64,000 bases of DNA. Source: Gammaproteobacteria bacterium (lineage in GTDB: Bacteria > Pseudomonadota > Gammaproteobacteria > Steroidobacterales > Woeseiaceae). The notes beneath the pieces were generated by a model, which had not been told where the DNA came from, made no database searches, and saw only the letters and a list, made by a program, of their open reading frames with translations. Each line of letters starts with the position of its first letter. The first letter of the stretch is position 1. Position numbers and translations under genes: made by a program. Below are positions 27,410 to 35,676 of the stretch, one piece after another. The stretch is taken from contig QOPG01000001.1 of the NCBI GenBank assembly GCA_003331585.1, positions 50,209 through 114,208 of the forward strand. Direction: 5' to 3'.

Positions 27410-27676
27410 CTAGTAAACTACTTTGTGTTTTGTTTTTGGTTTAACAGGCAAATCATCATCGGCAATTTTTATCCTATTATCGCCATCGGCATTGAATCCT
27501 TGATTCTTTATCCTAGAGAAGAACTCTTCATACCATTGATCTCGTTCTTCACTTATCTCTTCCATGTGAGCAACAATTTTCTTATATCGTTCCAATTGCT
27601 CAGCGATTTCCTCTTCAAGCCATTTAGTTGCCTCTTTGGAACGCTTGTAATTGATGTGCGTATTTTTAAATGCCAT
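27410..27676 (-). CDS. hypothetical small charged protein (88 aa)
   Basis: Strong SD AGGGGGA 5 nt upstream of the ATG. Sits between two co-directional genes with 38- and 30-nt gaps. Predicted helical and Glu/Lys-rich. Confidence 0.65.
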   Translation of the reverse strand: MAFKNTHINYKRSKEATKWLEEEIAEQLERYKKIVAHMEEISEERDQWYEEFFSRIKNQGFNADGDNRIKIADDDLPVKPKTKHKVVY

Positions 27677-27714
27677 TATTTCCCCCTATATTCTCGCAAC
27701 CATTATATTTATTA

Positions 27715-28392
27715 CTATAGCCCTATAAAATTTATTGCTATGGCACACACCATAATTGATGCGCCTGCAATAGCATGTGAATACTTCTCGAATGAATTAA
27801 ATTTTATGAAATGAAGACCCTTCATTAATAAAAAAACTGCCGCTAACATTGTTAGCAATGTTACCACACCAAATACTACAGCCACTGTCATCACCAACTG
27901 CATATCCGCTTCTATTGCTGGATACATAAACAGAGGAATCAGTGCTTCACAAGGGCCAAGTATAAAAATTATAAATAACGCCCACGGCGTTATGTTCATC
28001 GAATTTGTTGAGGTTGAATTAACTCTCGATTGATTGCGATATTCCGCTAGATTCTTTTGGTTATTGTGTATTTTGATCTTCCTTAACCCCCAAACGAAGT
28101 ACATAAGACCGAAAAATAACAAGGCCCAACCTGAAAGCGCTCCCCTTGATTCTTCTATATTGACCAATTTAATTAGCTCTAAACCCAAATAGATACCAAT
28201 AAATCCTATTATAATTGAACTCATAACATGCCCTACACCGCATAAAGTAGTATATTTTAAGGTTTTTAGTATGCTCCATTTTCTAGCCTTGCCTAATGCC
28301 ACAAAAACAAGATAATGATCAGGGCCAATAATTGTATGGATAAATGCCACAACTGCGGCTGTGGTTATTAATAAACTGTGGTCTTCTAACAT
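27715..28392 (-). CDS. putative metal (Ni/Co-type) transporter, NicO/RcnA-like membrane protein
   Basis: 225 aa with about 6 TM segments. FIHTIIGPDHY in TM1 and GPCEALIP in a later TM resemble the paired H..GP.H / PC motifs of NicO-type permeases. Confidence 0.55.
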   Translation of the reverse strand: MLEDHSLLITTAAVVAFIHTIIGPDHYLVFVALGKARKWSILKTLKYTTLCGVGHVMSSIIIGFIGIYLGLELIKLVNIEESRGALSGWALLFFGLMYFVWGLRKIKIHNNQKNLAEYRNQSRVNSTSTNSMNITPWALFIIFILGPCEALIPLFMYPAIEADMQLVMTVAVVFGVVTLLTMLAAVFLLMKGLHFIKFNSFEKYSHAIAGASIMVCAIAINFIGL

Positions 28393-28460
28393 TATATTTT
28401 ATTCTTCTCTATTTGACGCAATCAAGATATTTCTCAGTCGCCTCAGTTATTTTATTATCA

Positions 28461-28511
28461 TTTTGGTAAACCATATTACCCCTCAAAATTGTTAATCGTA
28501 TTTTACCAAAA
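28461..28511. promoter_or_regulatory. 10-bp inverted repeat upstream of the metal-transporter operon
   Basis: TTTTGGTAAA (28461-28470) and TTTACCAAAA (28502-28511) are perfect arms with a 31-nt spacer containing ACCCCTC. Lies 70-120 nt upstream of the 28392 start. Confidence 0.35.
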
Positions 28512-28629
28512 AATTTTATTAATTTGAGAATTGAGTTTCCTTAAAATGGAATCTTATTCCTCAAAATAAAACAAAAATATTTATACGTAAATCCATTGTC
28601 ATATCAACTCTCTATGATATTCCTCGACC

Positions 28630-29406
28630 TCAATCAAGACTGAGAACCATCGAGTAATTAAATAATTCTGGATTATACAAACAATCAATAACATCTACGA
28701 TTTCATTATTCTCATTCAATGAGTGCCGAGTAATTGATAATAATGCATCACCTTCTTTCATGTTTAATTGTTGAGCAATATCGAATGAAGCATTATTCGC
28801 ACCAAGCGTTTGTTTTATTTTAGTGAGGCTAATATTATTATCCTTGATGATCTGCAGTCTTGGTGTGGTCTCTAATCTCTCTTTTGTAAACCCTTTATTT
28901 ATCCCGACTGTCCAGCTTACGTAGTGCGCAAAAGCATTGCCTTGTTCATTACTTCTAACTCGTACTACTTTCATCACTGCCTGGTTGTCATTAATGCCAA
29001 GCAATTTACCAATCCTAGCTGGAGGTATTACTTCCGATACTGAAATCACATTCACAAGGCTGTGAATTCCCATTTCAACCAAATTTTCTAACATTTCTAC
29101 TAATGGAGCAGCAACAGGTTTTGGTTTGAATCTATATTTTACATGAGAACCCTTCCCTCTTTGTCTTTTAATGAGGTTATCAGAAGCCAGTTCATCCATT
29201 GCTCTTTTCGCAGTAATTCTTGAAACACTGAATGTTGATTCTAATTCCTGCTCTGTTGGCATCTGAGTTTTATAACCCATGGTTCCATCCAGAATAGAAG
29301 ATTTTAAGATTGAATAGAGTTGATGATAGAGAGGCGCTTTATTCATTGGGCTCTCTTTATTAAGATTCCATTCATTTGTCAGTGATTGAAGATATTGTTG
29401 TTTCAT
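28630..29406 (-). CDS. GntR family transcriptional regulator (HutC/UTRA subfamily)
   Basis: wHTH PTEQELESTFSVSRITAKRAMDELASDNLIKRQRGKGSHV plus a UTRA-sized C-terminus. Alternative start at 29346 (MNKAPLYHQL). Confidence 0.85.
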   Translation of the reverse strand: MKQQYLQSLTNEWNLNKESPMNKAPLYHQLYSILKSSILDGTMGYKTQMPTEQELESTFSVSRITAKRAMDELASDNLIKRQRGKGSHVKYRFKPKPVAAPLVEMLENLVEMGIHSLVNVISVSEVIPPARIGKLLGINDNQAVMKVVRVRSNEQGNAFAHYVSWTVGINKGFTKERLETTPRLQIIKDNNISLTKIKQTLGANNASFDIAQQLNMKEGDALLSITRHSLNENNEIVDVIDCLYNPELFNYSMVLSLD

Positions 29407-29431
29407 ATTTTTTTATTTTAAAAATTTAAAA

Positions 29432-31288
29432 TCAAGGTGAAACTGGAGGTTCAAGATGAGTTTCTTCTCTGGCACTAGATTTGATTTCATCGATTGTGCC
29501 TCCAAAATTAAATAAGTCAATATCTCCACGCTCATTTTTAAGCTTATCACGAAGATTTTTTGTTTCCTCTTCATTGACTTTACCATTTTCAAGAACGACT
29601 CCATATCTTTTCGCACCTTCGGATGAAACAAGTCCTCTCAAGCAATCATATTCTACTAAACTTGGATCTCTGGAAAACGGATCTCCCCATCCACCTCCAC
29701 CCCAAGTATTAAAATAAAGTACATCACCTTCTTTTACATCAACTCCCTCACATTTAGCGGGTAACCACTCTTCTGACCCATCAAATCGAACCAATTTTTT
29801 GGTTGATCGCATGCCAGGTTCTCCTCCATTAACACCCCATGGATAAGTCAGCCATCGATCATCATGAAGCGCGACTTGTCCATCCACTAAAAATTCATAA
29901 GCAACAGATAGGCCATTCCCTCCTCGATGAAGACCAGCACCCCCAGAATCGGTAATTGGTTCATACTTAACAATTCTTAATGGAAAGTATGCTTCAATAA
30001 ATTCATTGGGGACATTAGTAAATCCCGGCCATAATGAATGACCGTCTGGTCCATCTCCAATTGGACGTCCTGGAATACCTCCAAATCCAATCTGAAATAA
30101 CTGGAACCATTCTCCTTTTTTATCATATCCCGAGAAGAAGAGATGCGGGCTGTCGGAAAAGCCAGCCGCATTCATCGCATCTGGTGCCCCCTGACCTAAT
30201 ACTCCCCCCATCACATCGAATATTCTTCCAAGAGCATGGGTTCTTCCACTCAGCGCTGCAGGAAAATTGGGTTTGAGTAAGCTACCCTGAGGAATACGAA
30301 CATCCACTAAATCATAAAAACCATCATTAAATAGAATTTGTGGATCAACAAGATTTATCGTAAATGAGCCAAAAAACATCTTAAACATTTCTTCGTTCAT
30401 ATAAAAGTTAATCGAACTCTCTGCCTGAGGGTCTGTTCCTTCAAAATCAAAAATCGCTAATGGTTTATCCGGTGTTCCTTCCCTCCACATTTTACATGCA
30501 ATCTTATATGGCCCTTTTCCAACTCCATCATCACAAACATAATCTTCAAAATAAGCTGGTTCCTCAGGAACGATCATATTTATAATTGCTGTCATGGCTT
30601 GTAAATTTCTTTCAAGCATAATTTGCATAGTTGAGTCGAATATTTCATCACCAAATCTTTCTGCAATCTCAACACATCGTTTCGATGCAGTTCGGCATGA
30701 AGCGACAAGGGCGTTTAAATCAAAACGGTTCCACTCTGAAGTTCTGACGTTATGCAAAATCAACTCGAGAATATCTTGTTGTATTTTTCCTTTTTTATAA
30801 AGTTTGGTGGGTGGTATACGAATACCCTCTTGAAAAATTGTTTCTGCTTTAATTGGAATTGAACCCGGAACCATTCCTCCGTTATCAGACATGTGTCCAA
30901 ACATCGCTGTCCAAGCAAGATGTCTTCCATCTTTGAATACAGGCACTAAGACAATCCAATCGGGCAGATGAGATACGGCTGCATTGCACATATATGGATC
31001 ATTCGTGAGAATAATATCGCCTTCTTCAATTTCATCATCATAGGCGGCAAGAAAACCATGAATAAAAGAACCAAATTGACCTACAACCATTTTCCCTTCC
31101 CTATTAGCTACCATAGGAAAGCAATCGCCTTGCTCTCTTATACCTGGACTCATTGCGGTTCTGAATAATACTGCATCCATCTCTTCACGAACATTTTTCA
31201 ATGCATTTTCAATAATATCTACTGTTACTGTATCGACATCCACTCTATTAAAAGGAGTGTCATTTGTTTCTATAATCTTTGCTGTCAT
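29432..31288 (-). CDS. hyuB: hydantoinase B/oxoprolinase family protein
   Basis: 618 aa with Hydantoinase_B-type sequence throughout. Lies 12 nt downstream of the hyuA-like gene. Confidence 0.85.
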   Translation of the reverse strand: MTAKIIETNDTPFNRVDVDTVTVDIIENALKNVREEMDAVLFRTAMSPGIREQGDCFPMVANREGKMVVGQFGSFIHGFLAAYDDEIEEGDIILTNDPYMCNAAVSHLPDWIVLVPVFKDGRHLAWTAMFGHMSDNGGMVPGSIPIKAETIFQEGIRIPPTKLYKKGKIQQDILELILHNVRTSEWNRFDLNALVASCRTASKRCVEIAERFGDEIFDSTMQIMLERNLQAMTAIINMIVPEEPAYFEDYVCDDGVGKGPYKIACKMWREGTPDKPLAIFDFEGTDPQAESSINFYMNEEMFKMFFGSFTINLVDPQILFNDGFYDLVDVRIPQGSLLKPNFPAALSGRTHALGRIFDVMGGVLGQGAPDAMNAAGFSDSPHLFFSGYDKKGEWFQLFQIGFGGIPGRPIGDGPDGHSLWPGFTNVPNEFIEAYFPLRIVKYEPITDSGGAGLHRGGNGLSVAYEFLVDGQVALHDDRWLTYPWGVNGGEPGMRSTKKLVRFDGSEEWLPAKCEGVDVKEGDVLYFNTWGGGGWGDPFSRDPSLVEYDCLRGLVSSEGAKRYGVVLENGKVNEEETKNLRDKLKNERGDIDLFNFGGTIDEIKSSAREETHLEPPVSP

Positions 31289-31300
31289 CTTTAACTCCTT

Positions 31301-33361
31301 TTATTTATTTGGATTAATTAATAAATTACCGATTTTATCAACCGTAGCAGAATGTCCTGGCAAGATAACTGTTGTCGAATCCATTTCTTGAATGATACTT
31401 GGACCAGGAATTGTTGAATTGACTCCAATCTTATTTCTTTCGAATAAGGCTGCATCATGCCATTTACCTTCATAGTAGAACTGACTATCTTGGATCTTTG
31501 CATCATCCACGCTACTATTTGATGTATTGATATCTAGGTCTGCCATCTCTTCATTTTGAGCCTCCACAACCGCTCTTAACATAACTATCTCATGATCTTT
31601 ACCGTGAGCAAATGTAAACAACTGTTCATGCTGACGATCAAATTCATCAGTCAGAATGGATAGACTATTCTTCTTGAGATCATCGATAGATATACCCAGT
31701 GATAATTGAAACGCCTGACCGGTATATCTAATATCTGCCTGATATTTAACAACTTGTCTGGTTGAATCAATACCGTCTTTCTCAAACGAGACACTGGCTC
31801 TGGTCTTGAGTGCTTCCAATTCAGTGATGAAGTCCTCTAATTTAATATCCTCTACTTTCTTAACATAAGTCTGAGAAGCTTCATCTCTTACTTTTGTTGT
31901 AGCATCCCCATAAGCACATAGTACTCCAGGTCCGGGGGGGATAATTACAGGCCATGATCCAGTCAAGATTCCCAACGAATTTGCATGAAGTGGACCTGCG
32001 CCACCAAAACCTACTAAAGCGAAATCACGTGGATCGTAACCTTGCTCAACCGAGACCAATCTGAGCGCGCCCAGCATTGATTCATTAACAATTTTAATTA
32101 TTCCCTCAGCAGCAGCCATTAAATCAATCCCCATGGCATCTGCGAGCTCCTGAACAACTTTTACAGAACTTTCACGGTCAATGATCATGTCACCTCCTAA
32201 CTTCACATCAGAGGGTAAATAACCAAGAACTACATTGGCATCACATACCGTAGCTTTATCACCGCCTTTTTTATAAGCGGCTGGTCCTGGTTCCGCTCCA
32301 GCAGATTCAGGTCCAACTCTAAGTGCTTTTGTTAATTCTGGTACAAATGCGATTGAGCCTCCACCTGCTCCTACAGTTCTCACATCTACCGATGGCGCTC
32401 GAACCGTCACGTCTCCGACCCTAGTTTCTCGTCTGACTCGTGCTTCACCGTCCTGAATTAAGGCCACATCTGTTGATGTTCCTCCCATATCAAATGTTAA
32501 TATATTTTCAAACCCACTTCTTTTGCAGAAATACATTGCACCGGCTACTCCACCAGCAGGCCCCGATAGAAGAAGGTTAACTGGAGATTCTGCTGCAGCT
32601 CTTCCTGAGGCAAGTCCACCATCAGATCTTAAAATAGCGAGATTAACATCATCACTCATTTTGTCTTGAAGTGAATTTTGTAAATTCGTCACATATTTTG
32701 ATACTTGTGGCCTCACATAAGAATTAACCACCGTAGTCTCCGCTCTCTCATATTCCTGCATTTCAGGGACTACCTCACTACTTATTGATATTGGAATATC
32801 TCCAAGTACTTTCTTTGCAATTTCTTTGGCTTCAATTTCATGTTGTCCATTCACATAAGAGTTAATGAAGCATATGGTCAAAGCTTCTATTTTATTTTTT
32901 GAATTTAGCAGCTCCAAATCCTTTTTAAATAAATCCTTATCTAGAGGTGATACTGACTGACCATCAGCCCCCATTCTTTCATCAGCTTCTATAGTAAGCT
33001 CAAGAGGCGCCAAAAGAGGTGTTTTTACATAACTCACCCATCCTCCAAGGCCTCCAGGACAGAAAGATCTCGCAACTTGAAGTACTTGACGGTAACCTTT
33101 TGTAGTTATTAATCCAACCTTGGCTCCCTTCCCGGTAAGAACAGCATTTGTTGCTACAGTAGTTCCATGCATTACCTGCGACACTTTTGATAAATCTATA
33201 TCTGATTGCGAACAAATCCTATTAATACCATCCAAAACTCCTATTGAGGAATCTTCTGGTGTAGAGGGTACCTTCGCTGTATATGTTTCTCCATTGGAAT
33301 CATCCACCAAAAGCAAATCAGTAAAAGTTCCGCCTACATCTACTCCTAACCTATAACTCAT
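31301..33361 (-). CDS. hyuA: hydantoinase A/oxoprolinase family protein (ATP-dependent)
   Basis: 686 aa. N-terminal YRLGVDVGGTFTDLLL and internal FDMGGTSTDV ATPase motifs. Confidence 0.9.
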   Translation of the reverse strand: MSYRLGVDVGGTFTDLLLVDDSNGETYTAKVPSTPEDSSIGVLDGINRICSQSDIDLSKVSQVMHGTTVATNAVLTGKGAKVGLITTKGYRQVLQVARSFCPGGLGGWVSYVKTPLLAPLELTIEADERMGADGQSVSPLDKDLFKKDLELLNSKNKIEALTICFINSYVNGQHEIEAKEIAKKVLGDIPISISSEVVPEMQEYERAETTVVNSYVRPQVSKYVTNLQNSLQDKMSDDVNLAILRSDGGLASGRAAAESPVNLLLSGPAGGVAGAMYFCKRSGFENILTFDMGGTSTDVALIQDGEARVRRETRVGDVTVRAPSVDVRTVGAGGGSIAFVPELTKALRVGPESAGAEPGPAAYKKGGDKATVCDANVVLGYLPSDVKLGGDMIIDRESSVKVVQELADAMGIDLMAAAEGIIKIVNESMLGALRLVSVEQGYDPRDFALVGFGGAGPLHANSLGILTGSWPVIIPPGPGVLCAYGDATTKVRDEASQTYVKKVEDIKLEDFITELEALKTRASVSFEKDGIDSTRQVVKYQADIRYTGQAFQLSLGISIDDLKKNSLSILTDEFDRQHEQLFTFAHGKDHEIVMLRAVVEAQNEEMADLDINTSNSSVDDAKIQDSQFYYEGKWHDAALFERNKIGVNSTIPGPSIIQEMDSTTVILPGHSATVDKIGNLLINPNK

Positions 33362-33381
33362 ATTTATATTCCTCAGTCTAA

Positions 33382-34584
33382 CTAAATTATTGATTTTTCT
33401 CTTAATTCATTAATTTCTTCTTTAGATAAATTTAATAATGACCCATATATTTCATCATTATGTGCACCTAATTTATCAACACCTGTCCATCTAATCTCAC
33501 CTTGTGACTTTGACATTTTAGGAAAAACATTTTGCATTTTAAGATCAGGCCACTTTTCAGAAGGCACATCAACAATCGCCTCTCTTTCAATAAAGTGTGG
33601 GTCGTCAAGCATATCGGGTGCACGATAAACTTTTCCTGCAGGAATGGAATATTCTTGCATAATCTCTTCAACTTCACTTACATCTCTTGTTGAAGACCAA
33701 TCATCAATAATTTGATCAAGTATTTTCTGATTTTCACCTCTACTGATATGATCTTTAAATCTTATGTCTTCAAATAATTCTGGCATTTCCATTGCTTCAG
33801 TCAATCTTTTAAAAACTGTGTCTTGGTTAGCCCCAATTACAATACTTCCATTCTTGCATTCATAAATATTAGACGGCGCAATATTTGGCAAATAAGAACC
33901 GGACCTTTTTCTAATATAATTACTAACAGTGTATTCAGGAATAGTTGCCTCCATAACTGTCAAAACCGACTCATAAATTGAGGCATCGATAATCTGGCCT
34001 TCCCCAGTTGCATCTCGATGATGAAGCGCTGCTAATGCACCCATACAAGCATAAGTTGCTGCGAGAGAATCGCCTAATGAGAGACCGGCCCTGCTTGGTT
34101 TTCGATCTGGCTCTCCACAAAGATATCGCATACCTCCAATTGCCTCACCAACAGATGCATAACCTGCTCTTTTTGAATATGGCCCAGTCTGACCGTACCC
34201 AGAAACTCTTATCATAATTAAACCCGGGTTATCTTTGGATAGTGTTTCATAGTCCATTCCCCATTTCTCAAGCGTCCCGGGACGAAAGTTTTCAACCACC
34301 ATATCAGCTTGAGAAATTAGTTGTTTAGCTAGTTCTTGACCTTCATTTTCTCTCAGGTTTGCTGTGACACATTTTTTGTTTCTGGCGCAGACACTCCACC
34401 ACAAAGGAAAATCACCTCTACCCCAATTTCTCATTGGATCACCAGTTCCTGGTGGCTCAACTTTTATGACATCTGCACCCATATCAGCTAATAATTGACC
34501 GCAGAATGGGCCAGCAATCAACTGTCCGAGCTCAATTACTCTGATATCTTTGAGTGGACCATTATTTGTTTCTTTCATTGTCAT
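33382..34584 (-). CDS. family III CoA-transferase (CaiB/BaiF-like), second copy
   Basis: 400 aa. LKDIRVIELGQLIAGPFCGQLLADMGADVIKVEPP. Confidence 0.9.
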   Translation of the reverse strand: MTMKETNNGPLKDIRVIELGQLIAGPFCGQLLADMGADVIKVEPPGTGDPMRNWGRGDFPLWWSVCARNKKCVTANLRENEGQELAKQLISQADMVVENFRPGTLEKWGMDYETLSKDNPGLIMIRVSGYGQTGPYSKRAGYASVGEAIGGMRYLCGEPDRKPSRAGLSLGDSLAATYACMGALAALHHRDATGEGQIIDASIYESVLTVMEATIPEYTVSNYIRKRSGSYLPNIAPSNIYECKNGSIVIGANQDTVFKRLTEAMEMPELFEDIRFKDHISRGENQKILDQIIDDWSSTRDVSEVEEIMQEYSIPAGKVYRAPDMLDDPHFIEREAIVDVPSEKWPDLKMQNVFPKMSKSQGEIRWTGVDKLGAHNDEIYGSLLNLSKEEINELREKSII

Positions 34585-34746
34585 AAATTTAATTCAATGA
34601 AAATTAAGCCATTGACCATAATAAGATTAATTTGATGTTTTTATTGTTATAAAATCTCTTAATAAAAAATTTAATTAAGATATAAGAACATATCAATATA
34701 ACTTAATACAATCAATATACTATTTTCAAGATAGCAACTTTATTTT

Positions 34747-35598
34747 TTAATTTTTCATCTCAAGTATTATTTTATAAATCTCATTCCTTTTTAAAGTCGT
34801 TGTTTTTGAGATTAAATTGATAATTTCAGAACTTGAGTTCGTGTGAATTAGTTCAGGGATAATTTTCTTGGCCAAAAGTAAATCATTACTTGAGTTCTTT
34901 TTCTTTGATCCTTCAATAATTAATATAAATTCACCTTTCACTGGAATTACTTGATTTTTGATTTTGAGAGATAACTCTTGTAAATCACATTTTACATATT
35001 GTTCATGCATCTTTGTCATCTCTCTTGCTATAAAGCATTCTCTATTATTGCCAAATATTAAGATCAAATCATCCACAGAATCTTTAATTTTATGAACTGA
35101 GACAAGAAAGATTATTGTTCTATTTTCTCCAGTTAGTTCCATTAATTTTGACTTTCTTTTTTCGCTTTTTGCCGGAAGATATCCCTCATAGCAGAAACTA
35201 TCAATCGGCATACCTGAGACAGATAAGGCAGAAATTATTGAGCTTGCTCCAGGTATCGGCAGTACGTCAATATTTTCTTCGCGGGCAAACTTAACCAGTG
35301 TATAACCAGGATCATTTATACATGGTGTTCCTGCATCAGAAACAAGTGCTATTGTATTACCATCCTTAATCTTGTTTATTAATTTTTTGACGATAGATTT
35401 TTCATTGTGATCATGAAATGAAATAATTTTCTGTTTAATACCAAAGGAACTTATTAAGTGCCTTGTTTTGCGAGTATCTTCGGCAGCAATAAAATCCACC
35501 ATTGATAGAATTTCGAGTGACCGATTTGATATATCAGCTCTATTACCAATTGGTGTTGCAACTATATATAATTTTCCAAATTTCAAGATTGATCTCAA
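34747..35598 (-). CDS. rsmI: 16S rRNA (cytidine1402-2'-O)-methyltransferase
   Basis: 283 aa. LYIVATPIGN...DFIAAEDTR. Divergent from lpoA as in E. coli. Confidence 0.9.
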   Translation of the reverse strand: MRSILKFGKLYIVATPIGNRADISNRSLEILSMVDFIAAEDTRKTRHLISSFGIKQKIISFHDHNEKSIVKKLINKIKDGNTIALVSDAGTPCINDPGYTLVKFAREENIDVLPIPGASSIISALSVSGMPIDSFCYEGYLPAKSEKRKSKLMELTGENRTIIFLVSVHKIKDSVDDLILIFGNNRECFIAREMTKMHEQYVKCDLQELSLKIKNQVIPVKGEFILIIEGSKKKNSSNDLLLAKKIIPELIHTNSSSEIINLISKTTTLKRNEIYKIILEMKN

Positions 35599-35676
35599 TT
35601 TTTTTTCAATCGAATTTATCTTTTCTTTCCAGAAAGATAAACTATCATTAATGTAATTTTAAAAAAACGAGTTATT

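Noticed and set aside
27365-27814. 149-aa plus-strand ORF spanning the gap between the cupin and permease genes
   Set aside because: It is antisense to two better-supported minus-strand genes that have strong SDs. Its translation is low-complexity and Phe/Leu/Ile-rich, typical of an AT-rich antisense frame.
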